Below the pieces are notes generated by a model that saw nothing but the letters and a program-made list of their open reading frames with translations, did not search any database and had not been told where the DNA came from. A stretch of DNA of 64,000 nucleotides from Ptychomitrium polyphyllum (taxonomy: Eukaryota): the NCBI GenBank assembly GCA_973851085.1, contig OZ316775.1:6882001-6946000 (forward strand), given 5' to 3'. This document shows positions 22,036 to 36,018 of this stretch, one piece after another; positions within the stretch are counted from its first letter, which is position 1, and each line of letters opens with the position of its first letter. The position numbers and the translations under genes were made by a program.

Positions 22036-25000
22036 TTCCACCTCCTTAGAAAACTTCATTGAAAGGTTCTATAAACTTCTAAAACATTTTTAAGCTTCAT
22101 AGCAAGCTTCTTCAAAAGTATCTTAGAAAACACAAGCATCATAATATAAATAGTATCTTAGAAAACACAAGCGTCATAATATAAATAGGAAGCAAAATAA
22201 GATAAACCTGAATCTTACCAATACAAATTGTAGATCATATCTATAATATGCCCATATTTTAATCTTTGTATTAATACTTGTTAATGATTAGTTCTTTAAT
22301 AGCTAATATTTAAGGATTAATTTATATCTGTTTCTTATTTCTTGTATCCCTAACATTATCAATGTTGAAGTGAAATTCAAATCTAATATAATTTTGTTAG
22401 ACATGTGTTAAAATAATCAAATGAAGTTATCCAAATTAATTAAATATGTAGTCAAAAATTGTCAAATTGTTGTCAATTAAGATGCACATTTTTTTTTTTA
22501 CTAAAGTTGATTATCTACATTACAAATTACCAATAAAACAACAAAAATGTAAGTATAAAGACCAACAAGATTATGAAAACCAAAATCAAAATTATAAAAA
22601 TTAAGATTAGCAAGATAATACAATTTATAAGTAGAGAATAAGATGAACAAGAGCATGCACATGAGCAAGGCAATAATGTGCAAGAATAACAAAGTGCAAG
22701 AGTAAAATGAGCCACTGGCAAAAGAATAGAGTGAAAAGAAATGAAGGTCAATAGAAGAAATTTTATGTGAAGCAAAAAGGTCCAATAGCTATACAAGTGC
22801 ACTTAAAATTTTCCAAATAAAGTGTAGTTTATTAATAAATGATTTGTTATGCTTGTAAGAAACATTAGAAAGACCTTTTTATTATCCACTAGGTGATTTA
22901 ATAAGGCATTTACACAAGCTATTGTTATTTTTAATCAAAGAAGTTTTTACATTGGTTTTGCCATTGTACTGAGACAAATAGTTACATAATAACATGCTAC
23001 ATATGATTGAAACATTTGAGGTAAGTACCAAATAATAAAAAAGGTTAATGCCACATGAAAAAAATCAATATTATTCCAATAAATATTTATTTCTAATATA
23101 CATTGTATATACTTAATGTATATATTAGTTCCCATTTTCATACAAACATGAAGTTTCCATTACTTAGCATAGAACTTAATGAAGTTCTAGTAGGTTTCTC
23201 ATTTAATTTTTTTGTATCCTTCCTTATTTTTTCTTCAAGCCTCAAATTAATAAATTTTGTAAATCAAACTTGTTTGTACTTAAATGAACTTATTTAAATT
23301 TTTTTCTTTTAAATGATAGATTCCAATTATTAATTTAATTGAAGCTTTTTAAAAGGATTATCTAAAGTCATTAGTTTTTTTGCTACTACATCAAAATAAT
23401 ATGGCTAATAGTTATTATGCATAGTGCATCTATATGAATAAAAGAAAACATCAATTTTAGGTTTGTGCCAAAAATAGATCCATCTCTGATATTGGATGCT
23501 TTCTAAAAGATAGATATTGCATGTAAAAAGAAGAATGATCTTTGTAAATTGGCTCAAGTCCATCGTATTTTTTCACATTATAGATGGTGGTAAACTATTT
23601 TAAATGAAAAAAAAAGGAAATTAGGCAGAAAGGGAAAGAAGGCAAAGTACATCATTTATAAAAAAAATTGCACTTTATGCAAGTTTTAGTTTGTTCCACC
23701 ACTGTTAGATGTTTTGATTTTATGTTTTCTCATTTAAAAAAATTTGCTTTAGATTTTTTATTTTTTATTTGAGGTGCTTCCATATTTTGACAAAAATACT
23801 TGCAAGTTTCTTTGCATCTACTTCTATACAAATATACTTTTAATGAAGTTGTTACATATTGTTTTTAAACCTTTGCATTTTAATCTCCAAATGTTTATAG
23901 CATTTGTTAAAGTATCATTTGTATTTCAAAGAGGCATGTGAAAAATATTGATCCACAAAAAATACTACTTCTACTACTAAGAAATTAACGTTTTAGAAAT
24001 ATCAAAGACCTTTAAAAAATGATCAAGGTTTTCTATCAAACTTTGCAAACTTTTCTATCAATGTAGTGCCAAATAAATAAGAAGACTTTGTATGCTTTTT
24101 AAGGAATGAATGCCAAGTGTAGGATATTTCAACTTCCAACATATACAAGAATGCAAATAAAATCTCTTGTACAATACAAATTGTCATTTTTACATGCAAA
24201 TGAAAGCTAACAGTTGACATTTGTTTGAAAGGATTCAAAATTATTATGAAAGATTTTCATGCACCTATATCACACTCTTGCAAATTTGCTCCATTAATAA
24301 CATCCTCATAGAAAATGTGGACATGCTTGAACTATCATCTCCTCCAGCCTCAAGTCCAAATTACAAGCTCAGAAACATATGACAATGGATCTGTCCATGG
24401 CAGCGACGGCCTCCAAAAGCGACGGCGGCGGAGAGCCGGGCACTACACAGGTGCCCATGGAGGAGCGGCACAACCGAAACTAGCAGCAAGACAGAACCGA
24501 ACCGGACCTCAACGTGGGTTCGGTGACGAATTTCAGGTTTGGAGCTTCATCCGGGACCCATTCGTCTGCCCGTACAGCCAGATTCTAACAACACGTCTGT
24601 TGCGCGGGCAGGGCGAGAGCCATCCCCAGAATATCAGCTCCACGTGCCCACACCGTATCCCGAATCTGCGGCAATACATCCTGCGACATATCGTACAGGT
24701 ACGCAGGGACAGAATACGTATATAGGGTTTGGCGCAGTGGAAGCATGCTGGCGATGGAATTGCAGGGCTGGCAAGCTATGGGGTTGTATGTCTCTTTGCG
24801 TTTCTGATTCTGCACATCTTGTCTCCATTGCGTTTCCATCCCTACGAGCTCCTCAGTCTTGCACCGCTGCTGGTGAGCTCACCTAGCCTCGTTTTCTCCA
24901 CTGTTTTTGCTTCAGTTTCGAGCTCTGGGTGGGTTTCGGGCACTTCCTCGTGTTTCTTTCTCCACGGCTTGAGTACACTCGTTGTGGGTAGTGGCACTGA

Positions 25001-26287
25001 ATCTGCCCGGTGTGGGTTTATCGTGGACTGGGAAATTTTCCGTCTGTGCAAGTTGCGTTTTGTGGGGTTTGTGGTGTGTTTCTTTTTACTTGGTTGGAGC
25101 CTTGATTGAGCTTGGTTGGTTGAATGGGTAATCGACGAATGGATGCCAGGTTCTGGTTTGATGAGATTGTGGTCTGGAATGTTGGTTTCGATGCTGTGAG
25201 GGCTAGAGCAGTTGGATTTTGTACTGGCTCATGCCTGGAGTCGATTCTCCTCTAGCAGGGCCCATTCGTTAGTTTCTAAATCTCGGAATGCTTGGATGAG
25301 AGTTTCACTCTATCGTAATGTTTTTTACTTTCAGTGCTCTCGCGATTGTGAATCTCTCGTGCAGTTCTTTCGTTGCCAAGTTTTATGATCGATCTGAGAT
25401 TATAGCTGGTAAGATTCTTAAATTGAATTTGTAATGTCGAGATAAATGCAATTTGGAGGATGCGACCATTCTTAGCAAGTATGTCTTACGTCTTTATGTG
25501 TGCGCTTGTAAGCAATGTTTCAAATATGTATTTTAGAAATAGTCACCTTAATGTCCATTGTCCTTGGAGTCAAAGGGCCGCCGTGTCCAATTTGGTGTTT
25601 ACATTAGGAAGCACGTTTGTTTACTCAAATTTCTGAAACTGTGAATTAACTCAGGGTGTCATATGCGTCGGAGTAGCCATTTTATTTCTGATGAGCTCTC
25701 CAAGTTTAGAGTTCGCTTCGTTATTGCTCGCAATCTGGACTTTCTGTTCGTCATCTGAAGGACAAGTATGTGAGAGTTAGTATTACATGGGCACATGGCT
25801 CACTTATGCCATGCTATCATGGTGATTAAACATTAAGGGCACTTTATATTGATTGTTCAGTCACAAGCTAACCCAATGGGATGCAGTTCTTTGACATAGT
25901 GTTTTACGAATTACAGCATTCAATTGTTCTAATCAGGGTATCTTACACTCAGAAGTTTTCAATTGACTCAAGAATTAGGAAGATACTGTCAGGTACAGGC
26001 CTTATCGTGTGATTTCGTGCTGTTATATTTTCAGTATGTTTGGAAATTTAACGCAGAGCAAGTACCTAGCACGTAGTATTCTCATGTGGTAGCAGCTCAA
26101 TGAATTTGGGGTGCATTCAAATGCTACTTGAGTGGTCTCTTTGTAAACGCTTTTGTGTGTGAGCTGTTAATCAGCCTTTCATTTCCTGCAGCGTTCTGTA
26201 CACGGACTGATGCTCCTAAGTCCATATGTTTTCTTCTGCTACTACTCAGACCGAAGCCCTATTCGACTTTAAGGCCCACTCGACGAC

Positions 26288-27711
26288 ATGGCAGGTATGG
26301 GAGATTTGAGACAAGACTGGGAACCTGTGGTGGTGAGGAAGAAGGCTCCGACCTCAGGTGCAAAGAAAGACGAGAAGGCCGTCAATGCAGCTCGCCGAGC
26401 TGGTGCCGAGTTGGAGACTGTCAAGAAATGTAAGATTCTGTGACACTGATTTCTGTCTCTCACCTGCTGCATTTCTTTTTTGAACTTCCCTTCACCTTCC
26501 ACGAATGAGATTCTCTTTGTAGATCTATTATGCCTCGTACCTTCCTCTGTTCGTTCTCTTAGTACTTTTATTCTGAACGAATTCAACTTATCTCTGAAAG
26601 AGCCAGGGCTTTCCTCGAAATTTGTCGTCTATGAGTGGTCGCAGTTGTCACTGTTGTTCTTCTCCTTTGGGTGCCGATGCTGCGAACCAGCGATAAAGAA
26701 GATACGGCAGAGGGTTTCCCTGAAGTTGTCGCTTTATGGCACTGATTAGTTCTACGACTCTGTGTGCAGTCAACGCCGGATCCAACAAGGCAGCTACGAG
26801 TGCAACCGGTTTGAACACGAAAAGGCTGGATGACGAGACCGACGTCCTTGCTCGTGAGTGAACCAATCCGACTGCATCTTGTGACTGCTGTTTGTAAATG
26901 TCAGTTGCTGTGCGGTGCAAACGTCTGACGCAGCTGACTTTGTGTTGCTGTTGCTGTCGTTGGTGATGTGTGATGATCGTGAGACCTGAGGGCATGGGTG
27001 GGATGCTTGGTTGTGATATTAGTGCGATTGGAGCAGGCTAATAGTGCGGCGAGTGGTGTGGAATTGATGTTACCCTCCGGCCGTTGTTTGTTGTCACATT
27101 GAATGCGGTGGGCAGTGGTGGTGTAGTCCATGTTGTTTTGGTCGTGGAAAGCTGGTCGGGAACAGTGCTGAACCGTTGCAACCCGGTTTTGGAACAGACG
27201 AGAAAGTATCAGGAGAACTGAAGAAGAACATCATGCAGGCGCGGTTGGACAAGAAGCTGACACAAGCCCAACTTGCGCAGGTGTGTCTCGTTATTCCTGT
27301 AGGCGATAAGGGTATTTGTGATTTTTCAGCGCACACAGTCTGCGTCTCTTGGGTTGTATCGTATCCAGGACTACGGGTAACAGGCCGGCTTGAATGGCAG
27401 TCCAGAGCACACGCCGCCTGGTACGTGGCGCAATCTGGTTTTGGGGATTGCTAGTATACACAGAGAGGTGTTGTTGAGGATGTAGCAAGCCTAGTGTGAA
27501 GTGATTTGACTCCACATGAGGTAGTTGGTCAGCTTTGGAGATTCGTTCTGGTGTCGGTTGGAGGTATTGAGTGTGGCGCTTGGCGATGCAGCTGATCAAC
27601 GAGAAGCCACAGATTGTTCAAGAGTACGAGTCAGGGAAAGCAATTCCGAACCAGCAGATCATTGCAAAGTTGGAACGTATTCTTGGCGTGAAGTTACGAG
27701 GCAAGAAGTAA
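26288..27711 (+). CDS. MBF1: Multiprotein bridging factor 1 (MBF1a/b type), 4 coding exons, 142 aa
   Basis: Exons 26288-26429, 26770-26853, 27198-27280 and 27592-27711 (GT-AG) give [19 protein letters not shown]...FNAGSNKAA...LDDETD...[57 protein letters not shown] 5'UTR intron probably extends upstream to about 24.9 kb. Confidence 0.95.
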
Positions 27712-30700
27712 ATACTAGTGTAGAGATTGTCTGAGAGCTCTCGATACCATTGGTTGTATGATGTTCTGAAGCTTCTAAGCCCCTTTCCACGTTTTCCAGG
27801 TTATTAATCAGACAGTAGTGAACAGAACTAGGCTGAGTTTGGAGATAGTGTTAGGGAGAGGTGTGCTGGGAGCGTCAAGGTTTCTTTCCGACTCGTCCTT
27901 GCTGTTTAGTGTTAAATAGATAATCTGGCCTCGGAAGTGGATATTACTAGTTGTAAACTGTAGTGAAGTGGGTGTTTGTGTGGACCAGTTTTCAAGGTTT
28001 TGCATTTAGTGGTATATACTGTACGAGATCTTTGCAATGGGTCAATGCTTCAATGATGAGCGAAAGCCCTGGCTTCCAACCCCTTGGGTTCTGCCGTTCA
28101 ATCGTCGTCAGTCGATTATGCCTTTGAATTAGAACGTGGTGGTCATCAGTAGCACTGATTGGGCTTTCTGTATGGTATGTTTATACGTGCAGTAGTTTTG
28201 CAATCTCTTGTGTTCTTGAGCTTTTTAGCGCTTGACAGCAATGGACTACCATCTTTAAGATGCACGTTTTTAAAACATTAACCTTGGGTTTATAAACTCA
28301 TGTTGTATCCTTCAAATGAAAAGAAGTACAAGAATGAAAGGTTAATTTCTAGTAGTCTGATTTGAATGTCTTGTGGATCTTTCAAGCTATTCGATGAGGA
28401 ACATTGGAAGTTTCCACTTGCTATTCGTTTCCGGTTCTCCCTAAGAAATCAAACTCTCTGCAGCTCTGAGTTGGGCTAGCTTCTGTGATTTCTATCATGA
28501 TGTTGGAATTATATGCCCCGTAGATCATGTGATTTGCTTAGAATTATGGTTTGAGACAGTCACCACTTCTTGTAACACGATTACCAGACGCTTGTGGCAC
28601 AATTATGGTAGACACTCGCTGGAGAGTTAGAAATGTTCTTACTATTAATGCCGTTACTGTATGGAGATTTGAATCATACAATAAGTTTGAATCTGTGGGT
28701 TGATTAACTATTATTGACGAGAGTAATTGCAAGAGACTCCTCTGAAGTGACCATTACTGTATTCCTCTTGCAACAGTAACTTAGGTATACGGTTGTACTA
28801 ACTTCCATAGTTCTTACAAAGGTTAAAATTGCAGACTCCATCCTACCTTATCCTTGTGTGAGCTGACATAACACTTCAGTCATAAATAGTAATTGCATGT
28901 ATTGTAGCATTACTGGGGCCAAGCCATTGCATGGGCAGTTTATAATTGAACATTTACTCGTTTCCTAACAACCATGAAATAGGTTAAACTTGGGATTAAC
29001 TTAGTTTTGAATGTCCATGAAGTATGATTACCATCCCTACAGTTACTTTTTGTGTGCAGAATTAAAGTTTTGTAGGATACTACATACTCCCAGACCTTTA
29101 TATCATACACCTTTTGACAGTATTTTATTGTTTTGCACCAAGAAGATTACAAAAGTCATTTCTTCTCAATAGAAATAGATGATTCAGATGAGAATCTCAT
29201 GGTATTGTTTGTTGCATGTTATCTTTAAAATTTTGATCTATGTAATGTTTTAAAAACAAATAAGTCTTGAATACAATCATATCATTTAAAATTTGTAAAA
29301 CGTTAAATTTTTTAATATAGTCATATGGTGATTAAAAATGAATATAAGAGTTGACATAAACTATGTTTTAAAGTTTTGGCAAGATCTTCAAAAAAATTGA
29401 TACATTTTAGTATTGGGTTTTTGTATTTGCAATTCAATGTTGGAATTAAAGATAGGATAAATTGTAATAATCTCAAAAATCTAGATAATTATAAAAAAAT
29501 ATAGCAAAGTCTGGTATATGATAGATTCTTTTTGCAAAAACACTTAATAAAATTAATAAACATGTGAGAATTATTATCTATTATGTTTTGTTTTTATGTA
29601 AAGCAAAAATAGGTGTATGAATCAAAAGATTAAATCACACTGGCCTCTAAAGAATAATTTCCTATATTTTATAACTTATAAAATTTCTATAATGATAAAT
29701 TTATTATTAAATCTCATGTACTATATAGTAAATTTCACTAATCTACTTGCTCCAAAATTACTAAAATTTTCCTCATTAAGGTGTTTTGGAAATTTTTGCA
29801 CATGCATACTAGTAAAAGAACTTTGAATTTTAGAAGGAATGGGCTTGAATAAAATATTACATTGTTTTGTATATAAACTAATGTCTAAAATATTTGTGGA
29901 TAAAAAGATAAAGATATACAATTATTTCTTTTCAATAATACACTATTTTTGCTAGTAACTAAGAACATTCAACCACATAATCATTATTTGGTGGTAATAT
30001 TTGTGATTTTTTATATTGAAAAAAACCACTATGTATGTTAAAATTTTAGGCAACTAAGATTAAATTTTCTATAAAAATTTCTTATATAAATGGTATTAAG
30101 TTAACTTTTAAATGTTATAGATAACTAAATTAATGTTTTTAATCATTAAAACTTATTTTAGTACCTCAAATGACCATCTTTGCCAATTTTTAAACTATAG
30201 CTTTCACAAATTGTCTTATTAATCTAATGGAATTGTTGACTTGTACAAGTAATTAATATTTGGTGAGACATATACATCAAAAATTTGAAGCATATTAGAA
30301 AGTCAACAAAATTTTGGCCACCTAAAAATCCATGAGTTTTTATTAGATTGTTTTGTTATTTAAAGTGTGTCAAATAATTTAGATTCATTCAGTCATTTGA
30401 AAATTTGAAGTACCAAAATAAAAAAGATAAGAGCATGTTTTGATGACCCAGTTAAAAATCACATGATAGATGGGTTGATTTGATTGTGGTAAAAATTAGC
30501 ATTTTTCAATACTTTTGGTCTTGGAGATGAAAAGAAAGTCTTTTAAACATGTAAATGTGGAGGTAAAAATGAACTTCCAGAATGAAAAATAGAAGAAATG
30601 ATTTTCAAGAAGTAACTGGCACATGTCTTGTAGATTTTTTCAAAAGTGTAAGTACTCTTTCAAAAATACTTTGGCCCAAGCTACTAAATCTTGACAAATT

Positions 30701-33700
30701 GGCACCAGACTTTGGAAATGCAAATTAGACACTAAAGGAGGAGAAATTCAAGTAAGCATCATTGAAAAAGGAGGAGCTAATCTGAGGAGTACATGGTGAA
30801 AGCTGTGTTACTATTAAGACAGCTCAAATGCTTTCAATTGAGCAGCACTAGCATCTCAAAATTTCAATACAGTAGTTCAGAGGTTCAATGTTTCATCATT
30901 TCTGTAATAACTTGGTACGCCAATTTATTGCCTTTTATGCTGCCAATTCTTGCATTAGTTTAAGATTTTCCACCCATCCTACCAGAATTCGAGACTTGTT
31001 AATCATTCAAAAAATCATTAGTATGATGATATTTAATTACTCTTTTACTGGCACTAATTTTTACACTAAAGTACTATAGTGCAGGCCACACTATGCTCAA
31101 ACAAATACAATTACCATAAAAATCCTTAAGTGCTATGTCCCACATCTCACATTTCATTCTAATTTGAGAGTACTGTGTCTAACAAGAAAGGCAATAATTG
31201 CCGTATTGGTATGATTGTATATGCTATGGTGCATATACAAGATCCTCCATGTTAGGAGTAAGTACCATGGTTTGGAGCAAAAGTGCAGGCACTCAAACCT
31301 TTGAAATGAAAAAAACCCCATTTTGGGAGGTTGATGTGCTTCATCCCATTATCTTCCTTGGCATCTGCAAGAGGTTTTAAAATTTAAAAGCAACGTTATT
31401 GAATATATGCAAACTACTCCGGAGCTTTTTGTCAGGATCATGGTAGAAAATAAACACTGTAATCCAAATCTATATATTCATGATGAAGATGAAAATACGA
31501 AGATAGTGCAACATATATAGGAACTCAAGAAGTGTTGACCTCTTTTTTCCATGTACCCTTTGTTGATTCCTGCATCAAACTTCTAACCCATCCAACATGG
31601 ATTCATACTACTCTTGCACATGAAGATCTTTAAGTTCTAACTACATTTATGAGGTGAGTGTAACTTACTCCTTTGTTTTGTCTCCCAATATCTCTTGCAT
31701 GGTCTGGCTTCACCTAACAGTTGGGAGACTAGTCAGGTACATATTGTATACACAGGACATACTGGACACCCTCTGTGGACTTCAAAGCCCCAAGCTCCCT
31801 TGGAGCTCAACAGCTTTTATTCTTTTCTTATAAAATTTTAATTTTGATTTTTTTAATCTGTTGCCAAGTTGGTTACTTTTTCTTTCTTTTTTTTCATTTT
31901 AAAAATCATTTGTGTCATGTTTCCTAATGTTTTGTATTTCTGTCATTGAATGCTTTTGTCCCTTTCAAGTATGTGTCAATTTTTTATTGAAATTTGTACA
32001 TTAGGATTTAAAGTTGCACGTATGGGTTGATCAGGTCATAAATTTGAATGAAAATGTTTAATGTCATCACTCTAGTGACAATGAAAAATTGTTTGTCCTT
32101 AAATGACTGGTGCTCAAAAATGGATGAAAAATAAAAATAAAAATTGCCAGTAGTCAAGATTAATCCTTCATGTATTGGTTGTGCAATCAATTTATTGGCT
32201 AAAATACATTTACAAATCAATAAAGAAGATGCACAAACCATTTTTGTTTATCAAATAGAAACCAAACTTGAGTGACACTAATGACCAAAGATATAAAACT
32301 CACATTATTTTTCATCAAAAACATACATGTCACGTACATACATGTCTCTCACTTTAGGATAAATTTCCTAGCCTTTGATATGCTCATTACTTTAAACTGC
32401 TTCTATTAAACCAATCCCACATGGAACCTTGCTCCAAACACCATGGACTATGATGCTATTGGGACTTCAATTACAAAAGGTCAAATAATGTTAATTTATA
32501 TGATATCATTCATCCAAATGTGTATATCTTTTGTATAGGGAACTTTCATTCATTCTTTTGGATTGAAGATTTATAAATATGTTGCAAAATGATGTAATTA
32601 GTGACTTTGCTCTTTAAGTTCAATCAATCTCAAATTATATAAGAGATTTTGATCAAAAGATAACATTCAAATATTGGACCTTTAGGATTGACTTTTCTTT
32701 TAAGAATATTTTCCATATTTGCCTTTATCAATCTTATAATGACAAAGATTTGAAGGGAAGTAGATGCTCCTCTAGAACAGGCTGGGCTGCCCCTGCACAC
32801 TTGAGGGTTGTGAAGTTTTGACCTTCAGGCGGCCTCATTCATCAGCATCAGGTGAATTATGTAGAGAGTGAGATTGGAAACCCTCTACAACTTGTCACCA
32901 GCATCACAGGTTTCCTGGTGACAGCCACAAATTTACTGTATTGTTTACAATTGGTACACGACACATACACCCTACCAGTTTCAAATATATATGAAAATAC
33001 AGTGTGCAGGATTTAATGTCAAAGGGCACAGATGAACCAAATGCTATTCAGTGCATAACTTTCATTGAGTGATACTCAAACAGGCACCCAGGATCTCAAA
33101 ATCAGTCACTCAGTCATTCACCATGCACCAATACCAAGTGTCAACAGTTGCCAGGCTGCTACATTGAGTTGACACACAAGTGATATCATAATTTATTTAT
33201 GCATGCAGATACCAGCCATGCCTACTGATTGATTTTGATAGATGCATGACACACATCCACGGACACGGGCATGTTGTTATGAACAATGGCTATGCTGGAG
33301 GACACAATTTCTCATTCCGTAGTCACATAGCAGGTTGATCACTTCCTTGACAAATAGAGATCATGAAAAACAAAGATTCTCATCAATTCATTCTTTCCCT
33401 TTAAAATTATTATGCTGAAAAGGTCATCTATTTTTACAGATGAACCTATTATATCACTACTCTGTCTGAAAGTGAGGACCTTACACCAGGGCGAAGGTAA
33501 GAAAGCTGACAAATGGGAAGTGATCAGCCAATCAATGCCCAGGATGAAAGTAAAACCACCAGCATACCAGTTGTGACATGAAGAAGCACATAGAACATAG
33601 TTCCACCTCAACTACTAGTGCTGGAGTTTCTCCAGTTCCTCTCTCTTTCTCCTCAACTCCAACTGCCATACCTTTCTGTATACCAGCTGTGTAATAAGAG

Positions 33701-36018
33701 CCCATTTAAAATTGAGATTGCAGTGAAGTTTTGAACATTGGAAGGTTAGATGATGCACAGAAACCTAGGGAACAAAACAATACAACACAAAGTTATCAAA
33801 TTGAGCAAAGTCCCATCTCTGGAGTGGATGACAAAATAGTATCAAAAAAGTGGCCAAGCCACCCTTTTCTGCGTCAATTTCTCTCCTGGCTCCAACACTG
33901 ATTCAATAAAACTCTAAACTGATCCAGGCAAATGCTATTTATTGCAGGCAAACGAACACTCAAAGTGGGAATGCACAATATCTGCTTCATACTGCCCTTG
34001 CCTTCACAGGTTCACCCCTCTCTTACCACAAAAAGCAATTGGAAAAGAAGGAGCTTAGTTACCTACAGTAACCAGCTGATCCATCTCACCTCAAGTACTG
34101 CACCACTGTTGTGAGCATTCATTGCTCCGCCCATGTTCATCCCATTCATCACAATAGTGTGTGGTATTTATAGTACCGCTCGTCTGAAGTACTGTACAGT
34201 ATGTGTACACATGGAACTATTGTAGATGCTGATGGATCATGGAATGGAAGGGAAGGGAAGGAAATGTGGGAAGCGGCACGGAAACCGAGAACCATGAAGG
34301 AGGGCAAATTGCAATTTAAGATTGAGGATGCCATTCCCCAATGCCGCCGAATTCCAATCAACATTCTCCCCAAACTGCATCTTTTTCCTCCAAAACTCCA
34401 ACATTTCCTCCATTTGCTGCGTTTTCCAGAAATGTTCTGGTGATTTCCGGGAACTCGGGTGCGTGAGTTGTTGCAGGCTGTCTTTGCCAGGCTCGGAGCG
34501 CTGCTTGCAACGCCGCAACAACAGCGGAGAGAGACGGACACAGAGACGAAGACAGAGACGGAGCGGAGCAGGGTCGGCATCGGGAGAGGTCGGCATAGCC
34601 ACTAACTGATTGCTACGCACACCTGCAAAGCGCTGCCAATCTATAGGGGACCCTGCTCATCCTAGTCCTGGGTATCCGCGGCGTGCCTTCATTGCGGCCT
34701 GCCTACATAACCGGCTGCGGAGGTTGCTCTTGATAGCCCCCATGACCCCACATTGCCATTATTGCAGGATCCCCGCACCTGGGTCCTCTTGTTTTTCGGC
34801 GGAGGGATTTTGGAGTTGAAAATATTGCACCGGTACATACTGTCAGATGTCAGTTAGGATGATGAGATACTCATTTATTCGTGCAGTCATGTGTTGGTAG
34901 GGCGTGGTTTCGTTCCTTCAAAGCTGCCACTGTGATTCATATCACCCCGTTGCTGCGGAGTCCTTACTGTGTAGTTGGTTTGGTTTGTGGTTTGTTGTCC
35001 TAATTGTAGCAGCAGTTTGTCGGGTTTGCTGTGAGCTGGGTGAGGGTATGTTACGGTGTTGGATCGCACTGGCATATAATTGTTAGTGAGTGGATTGTTG
35101 TGCTTGCATCGGTGGGATCGGGTTGGTTAGGGTGGCCAATGTGAGTCGCACAGATTGTGAGTTTCCGGGGTTTGTTTTCGGTTTCAAAGTTCGAGTTTTC
35201 GACTTTAGGTGTAGTGAATTTCCATGCCTCTGTGCATGCCCTAGAGTTGGTCACCCACTCTCTGCGGCATTGGATGGTTCGTTTCGATGTGTGTTCTCGA
35301 GAATGATGCCGTTACTGTAGTGTCTGTTATCACTCGTGTCTGGTGACGTTCGATGTTGAGGCTGGCCTTGGATGGGACGCCCTTTGTTGAGCAAGTCCCT
35401 CGTCAGTGTCTATTGAATTCCTGTCACGCTGTTCTGCGCAATTGGAGATCGAGGTGTCGTGCAATGCGATGCTATTTACCTCATGATTTATGGCGCACAG
35501 TTTGGGATTTGAGAAACTCTTCCCCTTTGTCTTTCTCGTGTGGTCATTAGCTTTGTCTAGTTGGATCAGCCAGCCATTTTGTACATGGACTGTTGTTCCG
35601 GACCCACCCAAATGATTGTGAGACTGTCGGCATCATCATCACTACCTCAGAACTCGACACCTCTCTCTGTGATCTACTTAAACAACTTTCTTTGCCGTTT
35701 TGGTCACATCCCCGATCCTTGGAGATCTGTGAAATGCACTGATTCATAAAGTGTTGAGACACGATTGTTTCTCCACGTTTCTCGAAGAACATCGTGGGGG
35801 ACAGAAAATGGTGGGAATGAGGAGAAGAATGCGGCGACGAAATAGAACGAGAGGAACAGGATTTTTCGAAAGTGATCAACTTTGACACACTTGGAGGACG
35901 AAGTAGTTGTTGGACCGTGTAATTGTATGTGGAGAAGAGAAGACGATTGTGTTCGTCATCCTAGTTATGCAGGCTTCTTCGTTACTTTGTCGAGCATACT
36001 GCATGCGGCCGGGTACTA

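Larger units (their letters stand above)
16249..22355 (+). mobile_element. Outer family-B element, 3' part: decayed PR-RT-(partly deleted RH)-INT-chromodomain, extra ORF, PPT and 3' LTR (20755-22355)
   Basis: Fragments MGTNATACF (protease), MPFGLINDPAVFQ...YLNNILIYS (RT) and EMEYEVKELL (chromodomain). PPT AAGAGAAGAAGTAA at 20741-20754, then TGTCATGGATA. LTR ends CCCTAACA at 22355. Confidence 0.88.

Noticed and set aside
22356..24300. AT-rich tract with faint coding-like patches (possible DNA transposon or viral remnant); similar tracts at 29.2-30.6 and 59.4-61.5 kb
   Set aside because: No terminal repeats, TSD or convincing motif could be identified by eye.
24315..25109. Overlapping 64-136 aa ORFs upstream of MBF1 (similarly 34149-35888 and 49830-50330)
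   Set aside because: GC-rich promoter/5'UTR sequence. The frames overlap on both strands with no recognisable protein.
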